A stretch of 34,977 nt of DNA from an uncultured Bacteroidota bacterium (GTDB lineage: Bacteria > Bacteroidota > Bacteroidia > Chitinophagales > Chitinophagaceae), in NCBI GenBank assembly GCA_903881265.1, contig CAIRSV010000270.1:1-34977 (forward strand), in the 5' to 3' direction. The notes under the pieces were generated by a model. It saw only the letters and a list, made by a program, of their open reading frames with translations, had not been told where the DNA came from and searched no databases. This document shows, piece after piece, positions 10,005 to 18,227 of this stretch. Numbering within the stretch: position 1 is the stretch's first letter; each line of letters begins with the position of its first letter. Position numbers and translations under genes: made by a program.

Positions 10005-11471
10005 TTATTTTTCTAAAAGTTCAAACATCTCCACAGTAATTAATTTATCATCAAATGGATATTTTACACCCTTGATTTCTTGGTATTTTTCATGGCCTTT
10101 TCCGGCAATAAGAATAATGTCTCCACCTTCTGCAATACTGCAGGCCGTTTTGATAGCTTCTTTGCGGTCCATAATGCTTACATATTTTTTGCGTTGATGA
10201 ACCGCCACACCAGCCTCCATCTCTTTCATAATTTCTGATGCATCCTCAGAACGTGGGTTGTCGGATGTGAAAATTACTTTGTCGCTATGTTCGCATGCCA
10301 CTAAGCCCATAACAGGGCGCTTCGTTTTGTCTCTATCACCACCACAACCGATTACCGTAAATAATGTCTCATTTCCTTTTCTCAATTTGTTGATGGTAGC
10401 CAACACATTGAGTAAGGCATCTGGAGTGTGCGCATAATCAACGATGCCTAGTATGTTTTCAATCTTCGAGTGGATACATTCAAAACGTCCTTCCGCGCCT
10501 TGCAGCATACTGAGATATTGCAATACCAATTGTTTGTCTTCGCCTAATAGAACAGCGGCCCCGTAAACGCATAAGATATTATAGGCATTGAATTCGCCTA
10601 TCATTCGGAAGAATACTTCTTCGCCGTTGACACTCATCACCAATCCTGACAAATTATTTTCAAGAACCTTGCCTTTATAGTCGGCCATGGTTTTTAGAGA
10701 ATACGTTTTCTTCAGTGATTTCGTGTTTTGCAACATCACTGGTCCGCGTTTATCATCGGCGTTAGTGAGTGCAAATGCATTCGAAGGAAGTTCATCAAAG
10801 AACATTTTTTTGACGCGTATGTATTCATCGAAGTGGTGATGGTAATCTAAATGGTCGTGGGTGATATTGGTAAAGCATCCGCCTGCAAATTGAATACCTG
10901 AAATTCTGTGTTGATGAATGGCATGCGAACTGACCTCCATAAAGACATGGGTGCAATTGGCCTCAGTCATCTGCGACAATAATTGTTGCAAACAAACAGC
11001 ATCAGGTGTTGTGTGGGTAGATGGAAGAATCGTGTGTCCGATTTGATTTTGTACTGTTGAAATCAAGCCACATGTATACCCAAGTTGTGTAAACAATTGG
11101 AACAACAGCGTAGCACAGGTTGTTTTGCCATTCGTTCCCGTGATGCCAACAACTTTTAATGTGGATGAAGGGTTGTTATAAAACGCTGATGCGATTAAGC
11201 CTGCAGCGATACCGGCATCTTGAACCTGTATATAGGTCACTTGATCGTTTCTTTCTGTTGGCACTGTTTCGCATAAAATGGAAGTCGCACCATGTTTGAT
11301 AGCTGTAGCAATAAATTGATGACCATCAACCGAACTACCTTTGATTGCGATAAACATACTACCTTCTTTCACCAATCTTGAATCGATACAAAGTGTATTC
11401 ACTTCACGATTGCTTGTGCCATGGATTGAAATGGTTGGTAGATTAGATAATATGTCTTGCAGTAGTCTCAC
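10005..11471 (-). CDS. murE: UDP-MurNAc-L-Ala-D-Glu--2,6-diaminopimelate ligase
   Basis: Mur ligase P-loop GTNGKTTCATL. The DNPR motif (TSDNPRSED) is associated with meso-DAP specificity. A GTG start at 11471 directly abuts the ftsI stop. Confidence 0.93.
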   Translation of the reverse strand: MRLLQDILSNLPTISIHGTSNREVNTLCIDSRLVKEGSMFIAIKGSSVDGHQFIATAIKHGATSILCETVPTERNDQVTYIQVQDAGIAAGLIASAFYNNPSSTLKVVGITGTNGKTTCATLLFQLFTQLGYTCGLISTVQNQIGHTILPSTHTTPDAVCLQQLLSQMTEANCTHVFMEVSSHAIHQHRISGIQFAGGCFTNITHDHLDYHHHFDEYIRVKKMFFDELPSNAFALTNADDKRGPVMLQNTKSLKKTYSLKTMADYKGKVLENNLSGLVMSVNGEEVFFRMIGEFNAYNILCVYGAAVLLGEDKQLVLQYLSMLQGAEGRFECIHSKIENILGIVDYAHTPDALLNVLATINKLRKGNETLFTVIGCGGDRDKTKRPVMGLVACEHSDKVIFTSDNPRSEDASEIMKEMEAGVAVHQRKKYVSIMDRKEAIKTACSIAEGGDIILIAGKGHEKYQEIKGVKYPFDDKLITVEMFELLEK

Positions 11472-13556
11472 TTAGCTTAGCTGTATAGTTATTTTTTGTC
11501 CTTTTGAATACGTTGATCCAGGTGCAATAGATTGTGTGATTACTTTTCCTTTCCCTTGCGGTATTACTTTTAAACCGGCTTTCTCAAGTTCGTATAATGC
11601 ATCTTTCAATCCCATACCACTTACATCAGGCACCTGATTCGCATAGGTAGGAAGTGCTGCATAGGTAAGATTCCCAAGACTGTCAGTTGAAATATTTTGT
11701 AGCCAACCTGGTGCGTTCGGTACTTTTTTCGCGATAGCAAGTTTGTTGGCAAGGATATTATATTGTTCTGCTTTGATACTTTTTGCAGGTAATACGTTTT
11801 TAATTTTTTCTTGGTCGGCGATGTTATTTTTTTCGTGCATCTTGATTGCATACAACCTGTTTGCCACTTCTTTAAATACGGGCAGTGCAATTAATCCACC
11901 ATAATAATTTGACGATCCTTGTCTTGTTCGAAGCACAACGCAGATGGTATATTGAGGATCTTCTTTTGGAAAGAATCCAACGAATGAACCGTGATACACT
12001 TTATCTGTATAGCGAATTCCTTTATCAGCAACCTGCGCAGTACCGGTTTTTCCGCAAACGGTATAGAAAGGGTTTTTTAAATCTTTACCGGTGCCACTTT
12101 CCACTACTTCATTCATGGCACTTTTAATTTGTTCCAATGACGACGAATCAACAATATGATCTTCAAGCACAGTAGGTTGGAAGGTTAAAATGTCTTTGCC
12201 GTATTCGCGTACACTGTTCACCAGATAAGGTTTCATCATTTTTCCGCCGTTGGCGATTGTATTGTATACCATACAAGTATGCAACGGGGTAATCATCACA
12301 AGGTAGCCTGTGCCCATGTAGGCTAGTGAGTAGGCGCCGTTCTTTGCTGAATCGCGTTTAAAACTTGGGCGCGACTCGCCATCAAGGTCAAGACCTGTTT
12401 TTATATCAAGTCGCAAGGCATGCAGATTGGACCAATAGGTTCCGATCTTGTCGTTATAATTTGAGTAAATTAATTTAGCAAAGGCCACATTTGATGAATG
12501 TGCAAACGCATCCTTGATCGTAAGTACGCCAAGTCCTGCATGACTATCGTGAATGGTATATGGTCCAATTCTCCAAGCGCCACCTTGACAATCAATCTTA
12601 TCATTGATATTAATTAGTTTGTCGCGGAATAATGAAATCAAAGAAGTTAGTTTAAACGTAGATCCCGGTTCAATTCGCTGATAGGCATAATTATAATCTT
12701 CGCCATAGCTACCATCTGGTCGGCGACCAAGATTGGCCATCGCTTTGATTTTTCCTGTTTTAACTTCCATGACAATACAGGTTCCGAACGTAGCTTGTTC
12801 TTTTTCGACTTGCTTCAACAATGCATTTTCTGCTACATCCTGAATATTGACATCGATTGTGGTTAAGATATCTTTTCCATTCTCTGGGTCTATTTCCGAA
12901 CCATCGATTGGCATCCAAGTCCCGCCTGCAATCTTACGTTCAATTCGTTGTCCTTGACTTCCTTGAAGGTAGGTATTGTAGCGACGTTCGATACCAATAT
13001 TCTGCGCATTCTTTCGATACAGACCTACCACTCTATTTGCCAATAAACCAAATGGGTTGATACGTTTCGTATTCGATTCAGCAATGAAGCCGCCTTTATT
13101 TTGTCCTTTACAAAACGGTTGAAATTTTTTAACTTCTAGATATTGTGCATAGTTGGCTTTTTTCTTCAATAAGAAATAGCGGTTACCTTTTGCATATTCA
13201 TTGGAAAGATTTTCTTTGTATTCGGTCCACGTAAATTCTTTCAATGTATTTGAGAGGCTCTTGGATAGAGGCTCAATGTATTTATAGAAGGTATCTTTTG
13301 GGATGGACTTCATATCGATACGCAAATCAAATTCAGGAATTGAAGAGGAGAGCAGTGAGCCGTCTTCGCTGTAAATATTACCTCGTTCAGGCTGTATGAC
13401 TGAAATTCGTGTATGTAGACTGTCGGCTAATGATTTTAATTCTTTCCCTTCCTTGAAATAGATGAGGCCTCCTTTATATAGGATCAACGCAGCAAATATG
13501 CACATACCTAAGAACGAGATATACACGCGATACCGTATGTCTTTGCTGGTGTTCAT
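11472..13556 (-). CDS. ftsI: Class B penicillin-binding protein / division transpeptidase FtsI with a C-terminal PASTA domain
   Basis: Transpeptidase motifs STFK, SSN and KTGT. N-terminal TM anchor. C-terminal PASTA-like VPDVSGMGLKDALYELEKAGLKV. The start overlaps the ftsL-like stop (ATGA). Confidence 0.92.
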   Translation of the reverse strand: MNTSKDIRYRVYISFLGMCIFAALILYKGGLIYFKEGKELKSLADSLHTRISVIQPERGNIYSEDGSLLSSSIPEFDLRIDMKSIPKDTFYKYIEPLSKSLSNTLKEFTWTEYKENLSNEYAKGNRYFLLKKKANYAQYLEVKKFQPFCKGQNKGGFIAESNTKRINPFGLLANRVVGLYRKNAQNIGIERRYNTYLQGSQGQRIERKIAGGTWMPIDGSEIDPENGKDILTTIDVNIQDVAENALLKQVEKEQATFGTCIVMEVKTGKIKAMANLGRRPDGSYGEDYNYAYQRIEPGSTFKLTSLISLFRDKLININDKIDCQGGAWRIGPYTIHDSHAGLGVLTIKDAFAHSSNVAFAKLIYSNYNDKIGTYWSNLHALRLDIKTGLDLDGESRPSFKRDSAKNGAYSLAYMGTGYLVMITPLHTCMVYNTIANGGKMMKPYLVNSVREYGKDILTFQPTVLEDHIVDSSSLEQIKSAMNEVVESGTGKDLKNPFYTVCGKTGTAQVADKGIRYTDKVYHGSFVGFFPKEDPQYTICVVLRTRQGSSNYYGGLIALPVFKEVANRLYAIKMHEKNNIADQEKIKNVLPAKSIKAEQYNILANKLAIAKKVPNAPGWLQNISTDSLGNLTYAALPTYANQVPDVSGMGLKDALYELEKAGLKVIPQGKGKVITQSIAPGSTYSKGQKITIQLS

Positions 13557-13888
13557 GGTCGTATTTGAATTTTATAAGGTGGGACTTTTGTTTTTTCGAG
13601 TCCTAATGCAGAAGCTCCAATCTCGAGTTGGCTTTCTTTTGTCAAAAACATAAACTGAGATTTCTCATCGATATATCGCCAACGGTCTTCTTTCAGTTCT
13701 CTTGCGGTTTCATTGATGCTGCGAATGGCATTTTCGGCATAATGATTCATCGTGATGTACACAAGACTTAATGCTGAACAGTATAAAATAAACGGGATAT
13801 TATGCACGATGCCTTTATTGCCAGCCAACAGGAGCATAGTTTTCCAGTTGGGGAGGTTTTTCAATAAGGGTATTTTTTCAAATGACAT
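13553..13888 (-). CDS. ftsL: FtsL-like small bitopic division protein
   Basis: 111 aa with one TM helix (IPFILYCSALSLVYITM) followed by a short coiled region. Conserved slot between rsmH and ftsI. 4-nt overlap with ftsI. Confidence 0.65.
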   Translation of the reverse strand: MSFEKIPLLKNLPNWKTMLLLAGNKGIVHNIPFILYCSALSLVYITMNHYAENAIRSINETARELKEDRWRYIDEKSQFMFLTKESQLEIGASALGLEKTKVPPYKIQIRP

Positions 13889-13929
13889 GTTTTGGGTAGC
13901 TGGGTGTGGTGGTCGGGGTGAGCGGGGTA

Positions 13930-14847
13930 TTACGTTGTTTTTGTTTGTTTTTGTGCGACTCGAAGTTTAGCGCTTCGCGAACGCGGATTTTGTTTTTGTT
14001 CTTCTGCACTTGGCAGAATTGGTTTTTTTGTCACCGTTTGCAATAGCTTACTTTTATTATTATTGGTGAAACTGAACTCGTCTTCTTCAAAACTTTCTTG
14101 TTTCATCCACTGTTTCACAATGCGATCTTCGAGTGAGTGAAAGGTGATTAGAACAAGTCTTCCATTCTCTTCTAGGCTTGTGGTAATGGATGCTAAAAAA
14201 TCTTTTAGGGCATTCATTTCATCATTCACTTCGATTCGTAAAGCTTGAAAAACCTGAGCGAGGTACTTGTTTTGATTTCCGTACATCAATCCGTCAATGG
14301 CTTGTTTAAATTCATTGATGGTACTCAGTTTCATTCGACCGCGCGTATCGATAATTTTTTTTGCTAATGTTTTGGCGTTGGTGACTTCGCCATATTGTTC
14401 AAAGAGCTCTTGTAATCTTTTTTCAGAGTACGTATTTAAAATTTTTGTTGCTGTCAAGGGCGTTCTGTTATCCATCCGCATATCGAGCATAGCATCAAAT
14501 CGAATCGAAAAGCCTCGCTCAGCAGTATCAAATTGATACGAGCTGACGCCCAAATCGGCTAGCACGCCATTTAATTTTAAATGGTGCAACCTGACGAAAC
14601 GGCTTGCATAGCGGAAATTTTCTTGTATGAAAATTACCCTCTTGTCATCCGGCAGGTTGCGTGTTGCATCTTCGTCCTGATCAAACACGATGAGGGTACC
14701 TTTCGGTCCAAGGTGTTTCAGAATTTCTTTGCTGTGTCCGCCGCCGCCGAATGTCGCATCTAGGTAAGTACCGTCGGGGATGATATTCAGCGATTCGATG
14801 CATTCATGTAAAAGAACTGATTGGTGATAGAAGGTTTCGTTTTCCAT
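13930..14847 (-). CDS. rsmH: 16S rRNA (cytosine1402-N4)-methyltransferase
   Basis: HQSVLLHECIESL and the SAM-binding DATFGGGGHS motif. Second gene of the dcw cluster. Confidence 0.95.
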   Translation of the reverse strand: MENETFYHQSVLLHECIESLNIIPDGTYLDATFGGGGHSKEILKHLGPKGTLIVFDQDEDATRNLPDDKRVIFIQENFRYASRFVRLHHLKLNGVLADLGVSSYQFDTAERGFSIRFDAMLDMRMDNRTPLTATKILNTYSEKRLQELFEQYGEVTNAKTLAKKIIDTRGRMKLSTINEFKQAIDGLMYGNQNKYLAQVFQALRIEVNDEMNALKDFLASITTSLEENGRLVLITFHSLEDRIVKQWMKQESFEEDEFSFTNNNKSKLLQTVTKKPILPSAEEQKQNPRSRSAKLRVAQKQTKTT

Positions 14848-15318
14848 CTATTCGCCGTCAAAAGGGTTCAAAAAATTGCTACCAAGAACCGAACCAACCA
14901 TCGATTTGAAATCAGCTTGATCAATTGTGGTTTCTTTACGATGCGTTTCGGCATCCCAAATTTCCATTTTATTCATCTGGGCAGAGAATACAATATCCTT
15001 GGTAATGCCAGCATATGCCAACATCGATTTTGGTATCAATATTCGTCCTGCTGCATCGGTTTCTAATATGGTAGCGCCGCTCAAGAGTTGTCGTTTCACC
15101 TTACTAGCCACATCGTTGAAGTCATTCAGTTTTAGAATCACCGCTTCGATTTTTTCCCATTGCTTCATAGTATATAGGGTCAGGCACTTTTCGACACCTC
15201 TGTTTAAAACAAAGCTGCCACCTTCACCCTCGGGCAATTGTTTCTTTAACCCGATGGGAAGCATGAATCTTCCTTTCGGGTCTAAAGTCACTTCAAATTC
15301 GCCTAAAATCTTTGCCAT
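14848..15318 (-). CDS. mraZ: Transcriptional regulator MraZ
   Basis: Two DxxGR repeats (LDPKGRFMLP and TDAAGRILIP). I place the start at the ATG at 15318 (MAKILGEFEV, 156 aa). The track's 15357 start is a GTG extension that overlaps the operator-like repeats. Confidence 0.9.
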   Translation of the reverse strand: MAKILGEFEVTLDPKGRFMLPIGLKKQLPEGEGGSFVLNRGVEKCLTLYTMKQWEKIEAVILKLNDFNDVASKVKRQLLSGATILETDAAGRILIPKSMLAYAGITKDIVFSAQMNKMEIWDAETHRKETTIDQADFKSMVGSVLGSNFLNPFDGE

Positions 15319-15338
15319 TGGATGAAAATATGTCTTTT

Positions 15339-15378
15339 GGACTCCACAAAATAACACATTTTAACTCAAAATAACACA
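15339..15378 (-). promoter_or_regulatory. Four 10-bp-phased decamers upstream of mraZ (minus strand: TGTGTTATTT / TGAGTTAAAA / TGTGTTATTT / TGTGGAGTCC); candidate MraZ operator and/or tandem -7-like boxes
   Basis: Read directly from the sequence. The 12-mer CAAAATAACACA occurs at 15347..15358 and 15367..15378 (20-bp period). CAC/CTC triplets sit at 15345, 15355, 15365 and 15375. The block is 21-60 nt upstream of the mraZ ATG. Confidence 0.4.
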
Positions 15379-15396
15379 ATATTTTAGCAATCTTAT

Positions 15397-15405
15397 TTAT
15401 CCACA
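15397..15405 (+). promoter_or_regulatory. Perfect DnaA-box consensus TTATCCACA
   Basis: Exact 9-mer match in the mraZ-priA intergenic spacer. One-mismatch boxes lie on the opposite strand at 15489..15497 (CTATCCACA) and 15583..15591 (TGATTCACA). Confidence 0.4.
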
Positions 15406-15757
15406 ATTAGCAATCGATTTGTAGTAGGTAGTTTTGGCCTGAAATGTAGTTCAGTCTTTGCTTTCAGCGATTTTTTATGTGTTTGAAATGTGGATAGTGC
15501 AAATCAACCTGTTAATAAAGCCATATAGGGTGTTAATAACCTAAATTTTTATGAGGAAAGAGGCAAATCTATATTGAAAATTTGTGAATCAGATAAAAAA
15601 ATAGTCAATCTGAAAAGTGAAATGACCACCTGAATACAAAAAAAGGCCAAACAACGTTGTTGCCGATTTTCAGCTAGTCAGCGTCTACTTTTAGGCATTG
15701 TTGACATTCAAGACTAAATTCCTATTAAAATTTTAGTTGTATTTTTAACGCATTCGT

Positions 15758-17797
15758 ATGAAAAACAACCATAAGGATATAACGATTGATGATGTGCAAC
15801 AGATTGTGCATACGACCTCTGCGTGGAAGGTGGTCAATTCGTTACTCGAAAAAGGGTTGGTGAGTGTCTATGAAAATATGTACGAAAATTATCAACCTAA
15901 AAAAGAGAAGTACGTTTTTCTGACGCAACAATATCAAGATGACGTGCAACTCAAGCTCCTTTTTTCTCAACTTGAAAAAGCACCCAAACAATTAAATCTG
16001 TTACTGACGTATTTGCATCTGAAGCAAACTCAAATTGACGTGCTTCAGACCGAATTGATAAAGCAGGCAGAAGCTAGTTCAGCACAACTAAATGCGCTGC
16101 TCGATAAGCAAGTCTTCACCATCAAAAAGATTGAAGTTGACCGTATCAAATTTGATGCGCCGGTTGAATTGAAACCTAATATCCTGTCTTCTCTACAAGA
16201 AACGGCCTATCGTGAGATACTTGATGGTTTTGCGCAAAAGAAGGCGGTGCTGTTAAAAGGAATCACCGGAAGTGGTAAGACACATATCTATTTTAAACTG
16301 ATTGAAGATTGCATCGCGCAAGGGAAACAAGCCCTGTATCTTTTGCCAGAAATTGCGCTCACAGCGCAGATTGTGCGAAAACTGCGCTCGGTTTTCGGAA
16401 ATCGTATAGGAGTCTATCATTCTCGATTCAGCAATAATGAGCGGGTTGAAGTATGGAAGAAAATCCAACACAAACAATACGATATCGTCATCGGTGCCCG
16501 CTCGGCTCTCATGCTTCCGTTTGCCGATCTAGGTCTTGTGATTATCGATGAGGAACATGACACCTCGTACAAACAACAAGATCCTGCACCACGCTACCAT
16601 GCGCGAGATTGCGCCATTTTTTTGGCACATCAATGTAAGGCTGATATCTTGTTGGGCAGTGCAACTCCTTCAGTGGAAAGTTTTTTTAATGCACAAGCCG
16701 GCAAATACAAATTAGTTGAATTGCATGAACGTTACGGTAACGCCTCATTGCCCAAAGTGACTATCGTCGACAGCAAACTTGATTTGCTCAACAAAACACA
16801 AAAAGGAATTTTTTCAGGTCAGTTGGTCGATGCCATTCAGGATTCGTTGGCGAATAAGAAACAGGTGATACTTTTCCAGAACCGCCGCGGTTACTCGCCT
16901 TACGTGATGTGCAGCACCTGCGGTTGGGTGCCGCATTGCAAGTATTGCGACGTATCGCTTACGTATCACAAACATACCGATCAGTTGCATTGTCATTATT
17001 GCGGTTCCAAATCACCCTATATTAAATCTTGCCCCGCATGCGGCAATAGTCGCTTGGTGGCTAAGAGTTTTGGTACCGAAAAAATTGAAGATGATATCAA
17101 GCAATTGTTCCCGTATGCCCGAGTGGAGCGTTTTGATTGGGATGCCTTGAAGACAAAGAATAAGTATAGCGAAATCATCCGGAAATTTGAAAACAGGGAA
17201 ATCGATATATTGGTCGGAACGCAGATGCTGGTCAAAGGACTGGATTTTGAACATGTCAACACGGTAGGCGTGTTGAGTGCAGACAGCCTCTTGTCGTTTC
17301 CCGATTTTAGGGTGAACGAGCGCGTCTTTCAGTTGCTCGAACAGGTCAGCGGACGGGCGGGTCGCAAGGACGATATGGGGCGTGTGATGATACAACTTTT
17401 CAAGACCAATCACCCGACCATCTTACAAGTGAAGGCGCACGATTATAAAGGATTCTATCTGGAGGAAATACAATCGAGGGAAGAATTTCAGTATCCACCG
17501 TTTACACGATTACTGCGAATTACACTTCGTCATAAAAATCAGGATACTGTCTTGTTTGCTGCGCAAAAATTAGCCGAGCATTTGGTTTCCTTACCCAAAA
17601 CCATCTTATTCGGTCCGGCTGAACCTCCCATTGGGCGTATACGCAATCAATTCATTCAGGAAATTTTATTGAAGATGAATAAGGATACGACCGTGATGCA
17701 GGAAATTAAGAAATTTGTCAGGGAGAAGATCGTTGAGTTAAGCACCACCAAAAATTTCACCACCGTACAAGTGGTGGTTGATGTGGATCCTTTTTAG
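15758..17797 (+). CDS. priA: Primosomal replication-restart helicase PriA (apparently N-terminally short form)
   Basis: Walker A GITGSGKT (residues ~168-175), DEEH box IIDEEHD, and a Cys-rich zinc region CSTCGWVPHCKYCDVSLTYHKHTDQLHCHYCGSKSPYIKSCPACG. An in-frame TAA lies 9 nt upstream of the ATG. Confidence 0.9.
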   Translation: MKNNHKDITIDDVQQIVHTTSAWKVVNSLLEKGLVSVYENMYENYQPKKEKYVFLTQQYQDDVQLKLLFSQLEKAPKQLNLLLTYLHLKQTQIDVLQTELIKQAEASSAQLNALLDKQVFTIKKIEVDRIKFDAPVELKPNILSSLQETAYREILDGFAQKKAVLLKGITGSGKTHIYFKLIEDCIAQGKQALYLLPEIALTAQIVRKLRSVFGNRIGVYHSRFSNNERVEVWKKIQHKQYDIVIGARSALMLPFADLGLVIIDEEHDTSYKQQDPAPRYHARDCAIFLAHQCKADILLGSATPSVESFFNAQAGKYKLVELHERYGNASLPKVTIVDSKLDLLNKTQKGIFSGQLVDAIQDSLANKKQVILFQNRRGYSPYVMCSTCGWVPHCKYCDVSLTYHKHTDQLHCHYCGSKSPYIKSCPACGNSRLVAKSFGTEKIEDDIKQLFPYARVERFDWDALKTKNKYSEIIRKFENREIDILVGTQMLVKGLDFEHVNTVGVLSADSLLSFPDFRVNERVFQLLEQVSGRAGRKDDMGRVMIQLFKTNHPTILQVKAHDYKGFYLEEIQSREEFQYPPFTRLLRITLRHKNQDTVLFAAQKLAEHLVSLPKTILFGPAEPPIGRIRNQFIQEILLKMNKDTTVMQEIKKFVREKIVELSTTKNFTTVQVVVDVDPF

Positions 17798-17921
17798 GCG
17801 GAGGTCGAAAGGCATAAGTCGAAAGGAATAAGGAACAAGTCGTACATCTTAGGGAATTTAATATACGTTATTACCTGGCCATCATTGCCGAATTATCTCA
17901 TTATCAAATTATCGTATTGTC

Positions 17922-18212
17922 TTACTCTTTCTTCAAAATCCCCATTCGTTTCAAAATCTTTTTTTCGTAATTCCAGAAGAATGAAAATTGCCCGAAGGGG
18001 ATAGAGACCAACAAGATGATGACCTGATAACCAAATAACAGCACGATGAGTTTCAAGGCCCAGAAAAGAAAACTATATTTTTCAATATCTAGCCACGATG
18101 TAATTTGTCTCGACAGATAGGCTGTGAGTGATCCTGTAATGGCAAAGACACAAAGAATCAGAAATAATTGTATGCTGCTGACTTTCCAGCGCTTTTTTAA
18201 TTTGTCTAACAT
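17922..18212 (-). CDS. Small 2-3 TM membrane protein of unknown function (resembles the Bacteroidota DUF6787-type family)
   Basis: 96 aa with hydrophobic segments IQLFLILCVFAITGSLTAYL and FLFWALKLIVLLFGYQVIILLVSIPFG, and basic termini. Lies 15 nt downstream of the NuoG-like gene on the same strand. Confidence 0.6.
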   Translation of the reverse strand: MLDKLKKRWKVSSIQLFLILCVFAITGSLTAYLSRQITSWLDIEKYSFLFWALKLIVLLFGYQVIILLVSIPFGQFSFFWNYEKKILKRMGILKKE

Positions 18213-18227
18213 GATAGGTTGCTGAAC

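Noticed and set aside
15319-15357. N-terminal extension of mraZ to 15357 (MLFCGVQKTYFHP...) as given in the ORF track.
   Set aside because: The codon at 15357 is GTG, and the extension would run through the phased operator-like repeats. The ATG at 15318 gives MAKILGEFEV and a canonical ~156-aa MraZ.
15650-15670. GGCCAAACAACGTTGTTGCC followed by GATTTT as an intrinsic terminator or small-RNA 3' end.
   Set aside because: The palindrome has no loop, the T-tract is short and interrupted, and no upstream plus-strand gene or promoter is evident. A protein-binding palindrome is more likely, and it is reported as such at low interest.
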